Assembly: GCA_051362555.1 (NCBI GenBank)
Contig: CM120644.1
Location: 14,282,534 to 14,346,533 of the forward strand
Direction of reading: 5' to 3'
Origin: Lingula anatina
Taxonomy: Eukaryota; Animalia; Brachiopoda
DNA length: 64,000 bases
Shown here: one piece after another, positions 15,001 to 29,907 of the stretch
How the letters are laid out: every line of letters starts with the position of its first letter
Position numbering within the stretch: position 1 is the stretch's first letter
Made by a program: the position numbers and the translations under genes
Notes under the pieces: model-generated
Told to the model about the DNA's origin: nothing
Database searches by the model: none
The model's input: only the letters and a program-made list of their open reading frames with translations

Positions 15001-18000
15001 TAAGCTCTGAGAACAGAATCTGAGAGGGGGGGGGGGAGACAGGTTTTTGCTCTATTTCTTCCTTAATGTTGACACCACCACTCTTCCAGCACTTTATTCT
15101 TACTACAAATGACCGAACACACCTACCTGACACTATAATGAAGAAAAAAAATTTTCATCCCTACCTGGCCAAAATTGAAGAAATCTCACAGTGCCGGCAC
15201 TGTTCAAAATCACTCAAAATCACCAAAAATCGACCCGTCTCCGATTTTTCCAAAAAGTGACGAAAATCAATCTACCACACCTGTCATTCATAAAAAATGT
15301 GGAAACGCGCCCGGGTCACTTCATCAAGGCCCCCAATTCTAGCTTTAAAGATGATCCAAAAATAAGCTCTGAGAACAGAATCTGAGAGGGGGGGGGGGGA
15401 GACAGAGTTTTTGCTCTATTTCTTCCTTAATGTTGACACCACCACTCTTCCAGCACTTTATTCTTACTACAAATGACCGAACACACCTACCTGACACTAT
15501 AATGAAGAAAAAAAATTTTCATCCCTACCTGGCCAAAATTGAAGAAATCTCACAGTGCCGGCACTGTTCAAAATCACTCAAAATCACCAAAAATCGACCC
15601 GTCTCCGATTTTTCCAAAAAGTGACGAAAATCAATCTACCACACCTGTCATTCATAAAAAATGTGGAAACGCGCCCGGGTCACTTCATCAAGGCCCCCAA
15701 TTCTAGCTTTAAAGATGATCCAAAAATAAGCTCTGAGAACAGAATCTGAGAGGGGGGGGGGGAGACAGAGTTTTTGCTCTATTTCTTCCTTAATGTTGAC
15801 ACCACCACTCTTCCAGCACTTTATTCTTACTACAAATGACCGAACACACCTACCTGACACTATAATGAAGAAAAAAAATTTTCATCCCTACCTGGCCAAA
15901 ATTGAAGAAATCTCACAGTGCCGGCACTGTTCAAAATCACTCAAAATCACCAAAAATCGACCCGTCTCCGATTTTTCCAAAAAGTGACGAAAATCAATCT
16001 ACCACACCTGTCATTCATAAAAAATGTGGAAACGCGCCCGGGTCACTTCATCAAGGCCCCCAATTCTAGCTTTAAAGATGATCCAAAAATAAGCTCTGAG
16101 AACAGAATCTGAGAGGGGGGGGGGGAGACAGAGTTTTTGCTCTATTTCTTCCTTAATGTTGACACCACCACTCTTCCAGCACTTTATTCTTACTACAAAT
16201 GACCGAACACACCTACCTGACACTATAATGAAGAAAAAAAATTTTCATCCCTACCTGGCCAAAATTGAAGAAATCTCACAGTGCCGGCACTGTTCAAAAT
16301 CACTCAAAATCACCAAAAATCGACCCGTCTCCGATTTTTCCAAAAAGTGACGAAAATCAATCTACCACACCTGTCATTCATAAAAAATGTGGAAACGCGC
16401 CCGGGTCACTTCATCAAGGCCCCCAATTCTAGCTTTAAAGATGATCCAAAAATAAGCTCTGAGAACAGAATCTGAGAGGGGGGGGGGGAGACAGAGTTTT
16501 TGCTCTATTTCTTCCTTAATGTTGACACCACCACTCTTCCAGCACTTTATTCTTACTACAAATGACCGAACACACCTACCTGACACTATAATGAAGAAAA
16601 AAAATTTTCATCCCTACCTGGCCAAAATTGAAGAAATCTCACAGTGCCGGCACTGTTCAAAATCACTCAAAATCACCAAAAATCGACCCGTCTCCGATTT
16701 TTCCAAAAAGTGACGAAAATCAATCTACCACACCTGTCATTCATAAAAAATGTGGAAACGCGCCCGGGTCACTTCATCAAGGCCCCCAATTCTAGCTTTA
16801 AAGATGATCCAAAAATAAGCTCTGAGAACAGAATCTGAGAGGGGGGGGGGGGAGACAGAGTTTTTGCTCTATTTCTTCCTTAATGTTGACACCACCACTC
16901 TTCCAGCACTTTATTCTTACTACAAATGACCGAACACACCTACCTGACACTATAATGAAGAAAAAAAATTTTCATCCCTACCTGGCCAAAATTGAAGAAA
17001 TCTCACAGTGCCGGCACTGTTCAAAATCACTCAAAATCACCAAAAATCGACCCGTCTCCGATTTTTCCAAAAAGTGACGAAAATCAATCTACCACACCTG
17101 TCATTCATAAAAAATGTGGAAACGCGCCCGGGTCACTTCATCAAGGCCCCCAATTCTAGCTTTAAAGATGATCCAAAAATAAGCTCTGAGAACAGAATCT
17201 GAGAGGGGGGGGGGGGAGACAGAGTTTTTGCTCTATTTCTTCCTTAATGTTGACACCACCACTCTTCCAGCACTTTATTCTTACTACAAATGACCGAACA
17301 CACCTACCTGACACTATAATGAAGAAAAAAAATTTTCATCCCTACCTGGCCAAAATTGAAGAAATCTCACAGTGCCGGCACTGTTCAAAATCACTCAAAA
17401 TCACCAAAAATCGACCCGTCTCCGATTTTTCCAAAAAGTGACGAAAATCAATCTACCACACCTGTCATTCATAAAAAATGTGGAAACGCGCCCGGGTCAC
17501 TTCATCAAGGCCCCCAATTCTAGCTTTAAAGATGATCCAAAAATAAGCTCTGAGAACAGAATCTGAGAGGGGGGGGGGGGGAGACAGAGTTTTTGCTCTA
17601 TTTCTTCCTTAATGTTGACACCACCACTCTTCCAGCACTTTATTCTTACTACAAATGACCGAACACACCTACCTGACACTATAATGAAGAAAAAAAATTT
17701 TCATCCCTACCTGGCCAAAATTGAAGAAATCTCACAGTGCCGGCACTGTTCAAAATCACTCAAAATCACCAAAAATCGACCCGTCTCCGATTTTTCCAAA
17801 AAGTGACGAAAATCAATCTACCACACCTGTCATTCATAAAAAATGTGGAAACGCGCCCGGGTCACTTCATCAAGGCCCCCAATTCTAGCTTTAAAGATGA
17901 TCCAAAAATAAGCTCTGAGAACAGAATCTGAGAGGGGGGGGGGGGAGACAGAGTTTTTGCTCTATTTCTTCCTTAATGTTGACACCACCACTCTTCCAGC

Positions 18001-21000
18001 ACTTTATTCTTACTACAAATGACCGAACACACCTACCTGACACTATAATGAAGAAAAAAAATTTTCATCCCTACCTGGCCAAAATTGAAGAAATCTCACA
18101 GTGCCGGCACTGTTCAAAATCACTCAAAATCACCAAAAATCGACCCGTCTCCGATTTTTCCAAAAAGTGACGAAAATCAATCTACCACACCTGTCATTCA
18201 TAAAAAATGTGGAAACGCGCCCGGGTCACTTCATCAAGGCCCCCAATTCTAGCTTTAAAGATGATCCAAAAATAAGCTCTGAGAACAGAATCTGAGAGGG
18301 GGGGGGGGAGACAGAGTTTTTGCTCTATTTCTTCCTTAATGTTGACACCACCACTCTTCCAGCACTTTATTCTTACTACAAATGACCGAACACACCTACC
18401 TGACACTATAATGAAGAAAAAAAATTTTCATCCCTACCTGGCCAAAATTGAAGAAATCTCACAGTGCCGGCACTGTTCAAAATCACTCAAAATCACCAAA
18501 AATCGACCCGTCTCCGATTTTTCCAAAAAGTGACGAAAATCAATCTACCACACCTGTCATTCATAAAAAATGTGGAAACGCGCCCGGGTCACTTCATCAA
18601 GGCCCCCAATTCTAGCTTTAAAGATGATCCAAAAATAAGCTCTGAGAACAGAATCTGAGAGGGGGGGGGGGAGACAGAGTTTTTGCTCTATTTCTTCCTT
18701 AATGTTGACACCACCACTCTTCCAGCACTTTATTCTTACTACAAATGACCGAACACACCTACCTGACACTATAATGAAGAAAAAAAATTTTCATCCCTAC
18801 CTGGCCAAAATTGAAGAAATCTCACAGTGCCGGCACTGTTCAAAATCACTCAAAATCACCAAAAATCGACCCGTCTCCGATTTTTCCAAAAAGTGACGAA
18901 AATCAATCTACCACACCTGTCATTCATAAAAAATGTGGAAACGCGCCCGGGTCACTTCATCAAGGCCCCCAATTCTAGCTTTAAAGATGATCCAAAAATA
19001 AGCTCTGAGAACAGAATCTGAGAGGGGGGGGGGGGGAGACAGAGTTTTTGCTCTATTTCTTCCTTAATGTTGACACCACCACTCTTCCAGCACTTTATTC
19101 TTACTACAAATGACCGAACACACCTACCTGACACTATAATGAAGAAAAAAAATTTTCATCCCTACCTGGCCAAAATTGAAGAAATCTCACAGTGCCGGCA
19201 CTGTTCAAAATCACTCAAAATCACCAAAAATCGACCCGTCTCCGATTTTTCCAAAAAGTGACGAAAATCAATCTACCACACCTGTCATTCATAAAAAATG
19301 TGGAAACGCGCCCGGGTCACTTCATCAAGGCCCCCAATTCTAGCTTTAAAGATGATCCAAAAATAAGCTCTGAGAACAGAATCTGAGAGGGGGGGGGGGG
19401 AGACAGAGTTTTTGCTCTATTTCTTCCTTAATGTTGACACCACCACTCTTCCAGCACTTTATTCTTACTACAAATGACCGAACACACCTACCTGACACTA
19501 TAATGAAGAAAAAAAATTTTCATCCCTACCTGGCCAAAATTGAAGAAATCTCACAGTGCCGGCACTGTTCAAAATCACTCAAAATCACCAAAAATCGACC
19601 CGTCTCCGATTTTTCCAAAAAGTGACGAAAATCAATCTACCACACCTGTCATTCATAAAAAATGTGGAAACGCGCCCGGGTCACTTCATCAAGGCCCCCA
19701 ATTCTAGCTTTAAAGATGATCCAAAAATAAGCTCTGAGAACAGAATCTGAGAGGGGGGGGGGGAGACAGAGTTTTTGCTCTATTTCTTCCTTAATGTTGA
19801 CACCACCACTCTTCCAGCACTTTATTCTTACTACAAATGACCGAACACACCTACCTGACACTATAATGAAGAAAAAAAATTTTCATCCCTACCTGGCCAA
19901 AATTGAAGAAATCTCACAGTGCCGGCACTGTTCAAAATCACTCAAAATCACCAAAAATCGACCCGTCTCCGATTTTTCCAAAAAGTGACGAAAATCAATC
20001 TACCACACCTGTCATTCATAAAAAATGTGGAAACGCGCCCGGGTCACTTCATCAAGGCCCCCAATTCTAGCTTTAAAGATGATCCAAAAATAAGCTCTGA
20101 GAACAGAATCTGAGAGGGGGGGGGGGGAGACAGAGTTTTTGCTCTATTTCTTCCTTAATGTTGACACCACCACTCTTCCAGCACTTTATTCTTACTACAA
20201 ATGACCGAACACACCTACCTGACACTATAATGAAGAAAAAAAATTTTCATCCCTACCTGGCCAAAATTGAAGAAATCTCACAGTGCCGGCACTGTTCAAA
20301 ATCACTCAAAATCACCAAAAATCGACCCGTCTCCGATTTTTCCAAAAAGTGACGAAAATCAATCTACCACACCTGTCATTCATAAAAAATGTGGAAACGC
20401 GCCCGGGTCACTTCATCAAGGCCCCCAATTCTAGCTTTAAAGATGATCCAAAAATAAGCTCTGAGAACAGAATCTGAGAGGGGGGGGGGGGAGACAGAGT
20501 TTTTGCTCTATTTCTTCCTTAATGTTGACACCACCACTCTTCCAGCACTTTATTCTTACTACAAATGACCGAACACACCTACCTGACACTATAATGAAGA
20601 AAAAAAATTTTCATCCCTACCTGGCCAAAATTGAAGAAATCTCACAGTGCCGGCACTGTTCAAAATCACTCAAAATCACCAAAAATCGACCCGTCTCCGA
20701 TTTTTCCAAAAAGTGACGAAAATCAATCTACCACACCTGTCATTCATAAAAAATGTGGAAACGCGCCCGGGTCACTTCATCAAGGCCCCCAATTCTAGCT
20801 TTAAAGATGATCCAAAAATAAGCTCTGAGAACAGAATCTGAGAGGGGGGGGGGGGAGACAGAGTTTTTGCTCTATTTCTTCCTTAATGTTGACACCACCA
20901 CTCTTCCAGCACTTTATTCTTACTACAAATGACCGAACACACCTACCTGACACTATAATGAAGAAAAAAAATTTTCATCCCTACCTGGCCAAAATTGAAG

Positions 21001-24000
21001 AAATCTCACAGTGCCGGCACTGTTCAAAATCACTCAAAATCACCAAAAATCGACCCGTCTCCGATTTTTCCAAAAAGTGACGAAAATCAATCTACCACAC
21101 CTGTCATTCATAAAAAATGTGGAAACGCGCCCGGGTCACTTCATCAAGGCCCCCAATTCTAGCTTTAAAGATGATCCAAAAATAAGCTCTGAGAACAGAA
21201 TCTGAGAGGGGGGGGGGGAGACAGAGTTTTTGCTCTATTTCTTCCTTAATGTTGACACCACCACTCTTCCAGCACTTTATTCTTACTACAAATGACCGAA
21301 CACACCTACCTGACACTATAATGAAGAAAAAAAATTTTCATCCCTACCTGGCCAAAATTGAAGAAATCTCACAGTGCCGGCACTGTTCAAAATCACTCAA
21401 AATCACCAAAAATCGACCCGTCTCCGATTTTTCCAAAAAGTGACGAAAATCAATCTACCACACCTGTCATTCATAAAAAATGTGGAAACGCGCCCGGGTC
21501 ACTTCATCAAGGCCCCCAATTCTAGCTTTAAAGATGATCCAAAAATAAGCTCTGAGAACAGAATCTGAGAGGGGGGGGGGGAGACAGAGTTTTTGCTCTA
21601 TTTCTTCCTTAATGTTGACACCACCACTCTTCCAGCACTTTATTCTTACTACAAATGACCGAACACACCTACCTGACACTATAATGAAGAAAAAAAATTT
21701 TCATCCCTACCTGGCCAAAATTGAAGAAATCTCACAGTGCCGGCACTGTTCAAAATCACTCAAAATCACCAAAAATCGACCCGTCTCCGATTTTTCCAAA
21801 AAGTGACGAAAATCAATCTACCACACCTGTCATTCATAAAAAATGTGGAAACGCGCCCGGGTCACTTCATCAAGGCCCCCAATTCTAGCTTTAAAGATGA
21901 TCCAAAAATAAGCTCTGAGAACAGAATCTGAGAGGGGGGGGGGGAGACAGAGTTTTTGCTCTATTTCTTCCTTAATGTTGACACCACCACTCTTCCAGCA
22001 CTTTATTCTTACTACAAATGACCGAACACACCTACCTGACACTATAATGAAGAAAAAAAATTTTCATCCCTACCTGGCCAAAATTGAAGAAATCTCACAG
22101 TGCCGGCACTGTTCAAAATCACTCAAAATCACCAAAAATCGACCCGTCTCCGATTTTTCCAAAAAGTGACGAAAATCAATCTACCACACCTGTCATTCAT
22201 AAAAAATGTGGAAACGCGCCCGGGTCACTTCATCAAGGCCCCCAATTCTAGCTTTAAAGATGATCCAAAAATAAGCTCTGAGAACAGAATCTGAGAGGGG
22301 GGGGGGGAGACAGAGTTTTTGCTCTATTTCTTCCTTAATGTTGACACCACCACTCTTCCAGCACTTTATTCTTACTACAAATGACCGAACACACCTACCT
22401 GACACTATAATGAAGAAAAAAAATTTTCATCCCTACCTGGCCAAAATTGAAGAAATCTCACAGTGCCGGCACTGTTCAAAATCACTCAAAATCACCAAAA
22501 ATCGACCCGTCTCCGATTTTTCCAAAAAGTGACGAAAATCAATCTACCACACCTGTCATTCATAAAAAATGTGGAAACGCGCCCGGGTCACTTCATCAAG
22601 GCCCCCAATTCTAGCTTTAAAGATGATCCAAAAATAAGCTCTGAGAACAGAATCTGAGAGGGGGGGGGGGGAGACAGAGTTTTTGCTCTATTTCTTCCTT
22701 AATGTTGACACCACCACTCTTCCAGCACTTTATTCTTACTACAAATGACCGAACACACCTACCTGACACTATAATGAAGAAAAAAAATTTTCATCCCTAC
22801 CTGGCCAAAATTGAAGAAATCTCACAGTGCCGGCACTGTTCAAAATCACTCAAAATCACCAAAAATCGACCCGTCTCCGATTTTTCCAAAAAGTGACGAA
22901 AATCAATCTACCACACCTGTCATTCATAAAAAATGTGGAAACGCGCCCGGGTCACTTCATCAAGGCCCCCAATTCTAGCTTTAAAGATGATCCAAAAATA
23001 AGCTCTGAGAACAGAATCTGAGAGGGGGGGGGGGGAGACAGAGTTTTTGCTCTATTTCTTCCTTAATGTTGACACCACCACTCTTCCAGCACTTTATTCT
23101 TACTACAAATGACCGAACACACCTACCTGACACTATAATGAAGAAAAAAAATTTTCATCCCTACCTGGCCAAAATTGAAGAAATCTCACAGTGCCGGCAC
23201 TGTTCAAAATCACTCAAAATCACCAAAAATCGACCCGTCTCCGATTTTTCCAAAAAGTGACGAAAATCAATCTACCACACCTGTCATTCATAAAAAATGT
23301 GGAAACGCGCCCGGGTCACTTCATCAAGGCCCCCAATTCTAGCTTTAAAGATGATCCAAAAATAAGCTCTGAGAACAGAATCTGAGAGGGGGGGGGGGGA
23401 GACAGAGTTTTTGCTCTATTTCTTCCTTAATGTTGACACCACCACTCTTCCAGCACTTTATTCTTACTACAAATGACCGAACACACCTACCTGACACTAT
23501 AATGAAGAAAAAAAATTTTCATCCCTACCTGGCCAAAATTGAAGAAATCTCACAGTGCCGGCACTGTTCAAAATCACTCAAAATCACCAAAAATCGACCC
23601 GTCTCCGATTTTTCCAAAAAGTGACGAAAATCAATCTACCACACCTGTCATTCATAAAAAATGTGGAAACGCGCCCGGGTCACTTCATCAAGGCCCCCAA
23701 TTCTAGCTTTAAAGATGATCCAAAAATAAGCTCTGAGAACAGAATCTGAGAGGGGGGGGGGGGAGACAGAGTTTTTGCTCTATTTCTTCCTTAATGTTGA
23801 CACCACCACTCTTCCAGCACTTTATTCTTACTACAAATGACCGAACACACCTACCTGACACTATAATGAAGAAAAAAAATTTTCATCCCTACCTGGCCAA
23901 AATTGAAGAAATCTCACAGTGCCGGCACTGTTCAAAATCACTCAAAATCACCAAAAATCGACCCGTCTCCGATTTTTCCAAAAAGTGACGAAAATCAATC

Positions 24001-26820
24001 TACCACACCTGTCATTCATAAAAAATGTGGAAACGCGCCCGGGTCACTTCATCAAGGCCCCCAATTCTAGCTTTAAAGATGATCCAAAAATAAGCTCTGA
24101 GAACAGAATCTGAGAGGGGGGGGGGGGAGACAGAGTTTTTGCTCTATTTCTTCCTTAATGTTGACACCACCACTCTTCCAGCACTTTATTCTTACTACAA
24201 ATGACCGAACACACACTACCTGACACTATAATGAAGAAAAAAAATTTTCATCCCTACCTGGCCAAAATTGAAGAAATCTCACAGTGCCGGCACTGTTCAA
24301 AATCACTCAAAATCACCAAAAATCGACCCGTCTCCGATTTTTCCAAAAAGTGACGAAAATCAATCTACCACACCTGTCATTCATAAAAAATGTGGAAACG
24401 CGCCCGGGTCACTTCATCAAGGCCCCCAATTCTAGCTTTAAAGATGATCCAAAAATAAGCTCTGAGAACAGAATCTGAGAGGGGGGGGGGGAGACAGAGT
24501 TTTTGCTCTATTTCTTCCTTAATGTTGACACCACCACTCTTCCAGCACTTTATTCTTACTACAAATGACCGAACACACCTACCTGACACTATAATGAAGA
24601 AAAAAAATTTTCATCCCTACCTGGCCAAAATTGAAGAAATCTCACAGTGCCGGCACTGTTCAAAATCACTCAAAATCACCAAAAATCGACCCGTCTCCGA
24701 TTTTTCCAAAAAGTGACGAAAATCAATCTACCACACCTGTCATTCATAAAAAATGTGGAAACGCGCCCGGGTCACTTCATCAAGGCCCCCAATTCTAGCT
24801 TTAAAGATGATCCAAAAATAAGCTCTGAGAACAGAATCTGAGAGGGGGGGGGGGAGACAGAGTTTTTGCTCTATTTCTTCCTTAATGTTGACACCACCAC
24901 TCTTCCAGCACTTTATTCTTACTACAAATGACCGAACACACCTACCTGACACTATAATGAAGAAAAAAAATTTTCATCCCTACCTGGCCAAAATTGAAGA
25001 AATCTCACAGTGCCGGCACTGTTCAAAATCACTCAAAATCACCAAAAATCGACCCGTCTCCGATTTTTCCAAAAAGTGACGAAAATCAATCTACCACACC
25101 TGTCATTCATAAAAAATGTGGAAACGCGCCCGGGTCACTTCATCAAGGCCCCCAATTCTAGCTTTAAAGATGATCCAAAAATAAGCTCTGAGAACAGAAT
25201 CTGAGAGGGGGGGGGGGGAGACAGAGTTTTTGCTCTATTTCTTCCTTAATGTTGACACCACCACTCTTCCAGCACTTTATTCTTACTACAAATGACCGAA
25301 CACACCTACCTGACACTATAATGAAGAAAAAAAATTTTCATCCCTACCTGGCCAAAATTGAAGAAATCTCACAGTGCTGCCGGCACTGTTCAAAATCACT
25401 CAAAATCACCAAAAATCGACCCGTCTCCGATTTTTCCAAAAAGTGACGAAAATCAATCTACCACACCTGTCATTCATAAAAAATGTGGAAACGCGCCCGG
25501 GTCACTTCATCAAGGCCCCCAATTCTAGCTTTAAAGATGATCCAAAAATAAGCTCTGAGAACAGAATCTGAGAGGGGGGGGGGGGGGAGACAGAGTTTTT
25601 GCTCTATTTCTTCCTTAATGTTGACACCACCACTCTTCCAGCACTTTATTCTTACTACAAATGACCGAACACACCTACCTGACACTATAATGAAGAAAAA
25701 AAATTTTCATCCCTACCTGGCCAAAATTGAAGAAATCTCACAGTGCCGGCACTGTTCAAAATCACTCAAAATCACCAAAAATCGACCCGTCTCCGATTTT
25801 TCCAAAAAGTGACGAAAATCAATCTACCACACCTGTCATTCATAAAAAATGTGGAAACGCGCCCGGGTCACTTCATCAAGGCCCCCAATTCTAGCTTTAA
25901 AGATGATCCAAAAATAAGCTCTGAGAACAGAATCTGAGAGGGGGGGGGGGGGAGACAGAGTTTTTGCTCTATTTCTTCCTTAATGTTGACACCACCACTC
26001 TTCCAGCACTTTATTCTTACTACAAATGACCGAACACACCTACCTGACACTATAATGAAGAAAAAAAATTTTCATCCCTACCTGGCCAAAATTGAAGAAA
26101 TCTCACAGTGCCGGCACTGTTCAAAATCACTCAAAATCACCAAAAATCGACCCGTCTCCGATTTTTCCAAAAAGTGACGAAAATCAATCTACCACACCTG
26201 TCATTCATAAAAAATGTGGAAACGCGCCCGGGTCACTTCATCAAGGCCCCCAATTCTAGCTTTAAAGATGATCCAAAAATAAGCTCTGAGAACAGAATCT
26301 GAGAGGGGGGGGGGGGAGACAGAGTTTTTGCTCTATTTCTTCCTTAATGTTGACACCACCACTCTTCCAGCACTTTATTCTTACTACAAATGACCGAACA
26401 CACCTACCTGACACTATAATGAAGAAAAAAAATTTTCATCCCTACCTGGCCAAAATTGAAGAAATCTCACAGTGCCGGCACTGTTCAAAATCACTCAAAA
26501 TCACCAAAAATCGACCCGTCTCCGATTTTTCCAAAAAGTGACGAAAATCAATCTACCACACCTGTCATTCATAAAAAATGTGGAAACGCGCCCGGGTCAC
26601 TTCATCAAGGCCCCCAATTCTAGCTTCAAAGATGATCCAAAAATAAGCTCTGAGAACAGAATCTGAGAAGGGGGGGGGGGGGGAGACAGAGTTTTTGCTC
26701 TATTTCTTCCTTAATGTTGACACCACCACTCTTCCAGCACTTTATTCTTACTACAAATGACCGAACACACCTACCTGACACTATAATGAAGAAAAAAAAT
26801 TTTCATCCCTACCTGGCCAA
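1..26820 (+). repeat. Satellite DNA array, ~363-bp monomer, ~74 near-identical head-to-tail copies; runs off the left edge of the window
   Basis: The same ORF translation recurs every 362-369 bp from 162 to 26714. Length variation is almost entirely in a poly-G tract. The array ends abruptly at ...acctggccaa (26820). Confidence 0.99.
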
Positions 26821-27964
26821 TCACGGACTGTTATACACGAATGAAGTTCTGCGTGAAAAATTAGTGATTGTTTTCAGTTTTTTTCCTGACAATTTTTTGT
26901 GTGTTGCTAGTGGTTAATTTGGTGTCAAGTACCAGGTTGGGGCCTAAATTGCTTCTTATTTTTGGGCGAGACCTGGCTCAGTACTGTACAGTTTCGGACA
27001 TCTGGCGGAGGGAGCTTACGACTGTGAGCAGTGCAGTGGTTTGTTTACAAACAAGAGAATGCACATGTTCAATTACAGTACTGCCGGTATGAAAAGTAAC
27101 TTTTTGACACTTAAGTTTTGTGGCATTGGGAGTTACGTCAGTGAGTCTGCTGTCTATGAGAATAGGAAATGTTTCACCAAAATATTCTGTTCATGCAGTT
27201 TTGCAGGAATTTTTTAGTGCGGCCGTCAATATCTCCGGAGCTACAAAGCTGAATGACTTCTCACTGAATGCAGCTCGATAGAATTAGTCCCAAAAACATC
27301 TTTCATAAAATTTATAATTCTGCAGAAATAGGGAGATTTTTTGCTCTGTTTAATAATTACATGAAAACTTATGTGGCGAAGGGAGTCACCGGGGTGTTTT
27401 GTCATGGGAATTAAAAAAATTATGCATTTATGCTCCTCTCTGTACAAACCTATGTACTTTTTGGAGTAGAATTGCAGTAGGCTATTCTGCAAATATGCTC
27501 CCGCCGCTTTGCTACTTCGATACTACTGCATTTTCGTGCGGGTAACTAAAAAGAAATATGTAATTATTAAAGGTGGGGGTGCAAATGTGTGTGCCTAGAT
27601 ACACAGCAGCTAAGAAATTCCTTAACCCGGGACATCTGTTATCACCTTGCCTTGGTCAACTACTAGAGGTAAAAATGTGCAGACACAAGACCCAAACTAC
27701 CATCCTACTACCTACTACTAACTAACCAGACTAATTTCCTATAAACAAAACGTTGATGTATTACCAAAAAGTTAATACCACCACTAAAACAAACCATTTG
27801 CTACATAAATACAATTAATTATCTTAATTGAAGTTTGGTGGTTTCCGTTGTTATCATGATGTGTCAAACAATCAGTTTGAAAAAGAAACTGATTGTTGAA
27901 GAAATTTGCCCGTAGCTCCTTATTATTAGGCCTCACATTTTAGAATAAATTACATTTATGTACT

Positions 27965-28170
27965 AATATTAGGATTTAAAACAAACTCTAAGTGCAAGAA
28001 TCACACTGCGACACACCAGTTTGAAACTCTTTCTTTACCAGAACAGTCTCCGAGTGGAATGAACGAAGTGACCAACAAGTTACTGCTGAAACTGTGGAAG
28101 GCTTTAGATCCGGCCTACACCGTCATTTCCCATGCGCTCCCTCTTCCCGTCTATCATATACCAGCAGTTT
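27965..28170 (+). mobile_element. 3' fragment of a CR1/L2-group non-LTR retrotransposon ORF2
   Basis: From ~28024 it translates to NSFFTRTVSEWNERSDQQVTAETVEGFRSGLH, matching the SFFPRTxxxWNxLP...F..L C-terminal motif of CR1/L2-type RT proteins. Confidence 0.75.
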
Positions 28171-28196
28171 TTTTTTTAAGATACAGATAGGTACCA

Positions 28197-28270
28197 TGTG
28201 GCGGATCCAGGGGCGGATCCAGGAATATTTTAAGGGGGCGGGCCGACCCCGCCCCCCCCCCTCCCTGTAC
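28197..28270 (+). mobile_element. PIF/Harbinger-like MITE end with a tandemly duplicated TIR
   Basis: gtggcggatccag-gggcggatccagga followed by G/C tracts. The same terminus motif occurs at 39488/39763, 42798, 43183/43395 and 44892. Confidence 0.5.
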
Positions 28271-28909
28271 AGACAGCTTGTTCAAAATATACTATAAGAG
28301 AATGTTTACAACTGCTGATTCCCTGTGTTTACAGATCACGAAATTAATATGCGCCAGCAGGGCCATATCACCGTCGTTATTCGGATATTGATTTGTTCTT
28401 GATTTGTTTGAGCTTCTTTGTTCAGGCGAGGGTGAGGACCACTGCTAAGTCCATTCCTGATCCCAAATTAAGCGATATTGAAAACTCTGTTTCTGAGTGA
28501 GTGTCTTTTAAATGTGCTTAAATATCTCCAATAGATCTTATCAAACATATTTATATACAGGTACATGTATATACAGCATTGGTCAAAAAGGTTGTCCCAC
28601 CCCCATTTCCATGTACTTTTATTTACAAATGATACGCCTCACAGCTGTGAACTGTTTGAAATAGTTCTTTTTATCACGGATACCGTGTCTAACATGATTA
28701 ATGGTTAAAAAAAATACAAAATAGTGGTGAAAATATACATATTTTATACCATTTAGTAAAATTTATAAGAGGTACCCCCTCAAATCGACTGTTTCACTGT
28801 TACTTCTACAGATGTAAAGAAATGTCTATAAAATTGAAAAGGTGCCATCAAATGTCACCAAATTCACACACAATTAGCATTAGGGTGTGCTCGTTAAAGA
28901 TCACGTGCC

Positions 28910-29545
28910 TAACAGCGTGTGCGTCTACCGCGTACTGCAATTATCTCCTGTAGACGGCGCGACAAGCCTTCAACATGGGTAACAATTCTGTTATGTGGGA
29001 TATTGTCCCATTCATCCTAAAGAGCGTGGCGGAATTGGTCAAGATTATTTAGGAATTGGTTCTCCTCTGCAATGCACATTCCAATTTATGCCACAGGTGC
29101 TCAGTAGGATTAATATCAGGACTCAAAGACGGTTGTCCCATCCTCAGAGCCCTGTGTTTCTGCAACAAATCGTTTGCCAGACGAGAGCTGTGAGCAAGTG
29201 CGTCGTCACAATGAAGCCAGTAGTATCCCTGAAGTCACCTCTTGCAAATGGAATGAGATTTCTGTTGAGAATGTTACATCAAAATGCCCCTGTTACGTTT
29301 TGTTCCAAAAGGAACAATGTACTAATACCATGGGCTTGGAATGTTCTCCAAATGCGGATTGATCTAACACCTCAGGCGATATTATCCTGCACGCACCCTT
29401 CCAAGAGGCATTTTTTAACATGTCTATGGACCCTCTTTGACCATCGATGGGATACAAGAAATAATTTGATTCTGCATCAAAATCAACTTCCTTCCAGTGA
29501 TGGATGGCCAGGTTCAGGTGCCTGTGGGATCACTGAACGTAGCAT
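28910..29545 (-). pseudogene. Degenerate Tc1-family DDE transposase catalytic domain
   Basis: The minus strand, with stops and frameshifts, reads HWKEVxF.AES...HCDDALAHSSR...QPSLSPDINPTEHLWHKLE...DEWDNIP...GLSRRLQEIIAVRGRRTRC*. These correspond to the Tc1 motifs FSDES, QDNAPxH, SPDLNPIEHLW and RRLxAVIxxxG. Confidence 0.9.
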
Positions 29546-29907
29546 TCTCAGCTGATATCTCATTCCATCTTCAAGAACTGACTTTGGGGTTAACTTCAGG
29601 CTTTATCATGACTGCACACTTGCTCACACCTCTTGCCTGGCAACTGTTTGTTGAAGAAACATAATGGTCTAAGGATGGAACCACCATCTTTGAGCCCTGA
29701 TATCAAACTTACTAATCAACTGTGACATGTATTGGAGTGTGCAATGCAAAGGAGAACCAACCCCATAAAAACGTGGACCAACTCCCCCAACTTGTTTGAG
29801 AAGAAGAATACAATATCCCACAAAACAGAATTGTAACCCGAGTTGAAGGCTTGTCGCGCCGTCTACAGGAAATAATTGCAGTACGCGGTAGACGCACACG
29901 CTGTTAG
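29545..29907 (+). pseudogene. Second, inverted copy of the Tc1 transposase C-terminus
   Basis: The plus strand reads MEPPSLSPDIKLT...GLSRRLQEIIAVRGRRTRC*, the reverse-complement homolog of 28910-29280. Confidence 0.85.

Noticed and set aside
28995-29555. 186-aa plus-strand ORF as a gene
   Set aside because: It is the antisense frame of the decayed Tc1 transposase.
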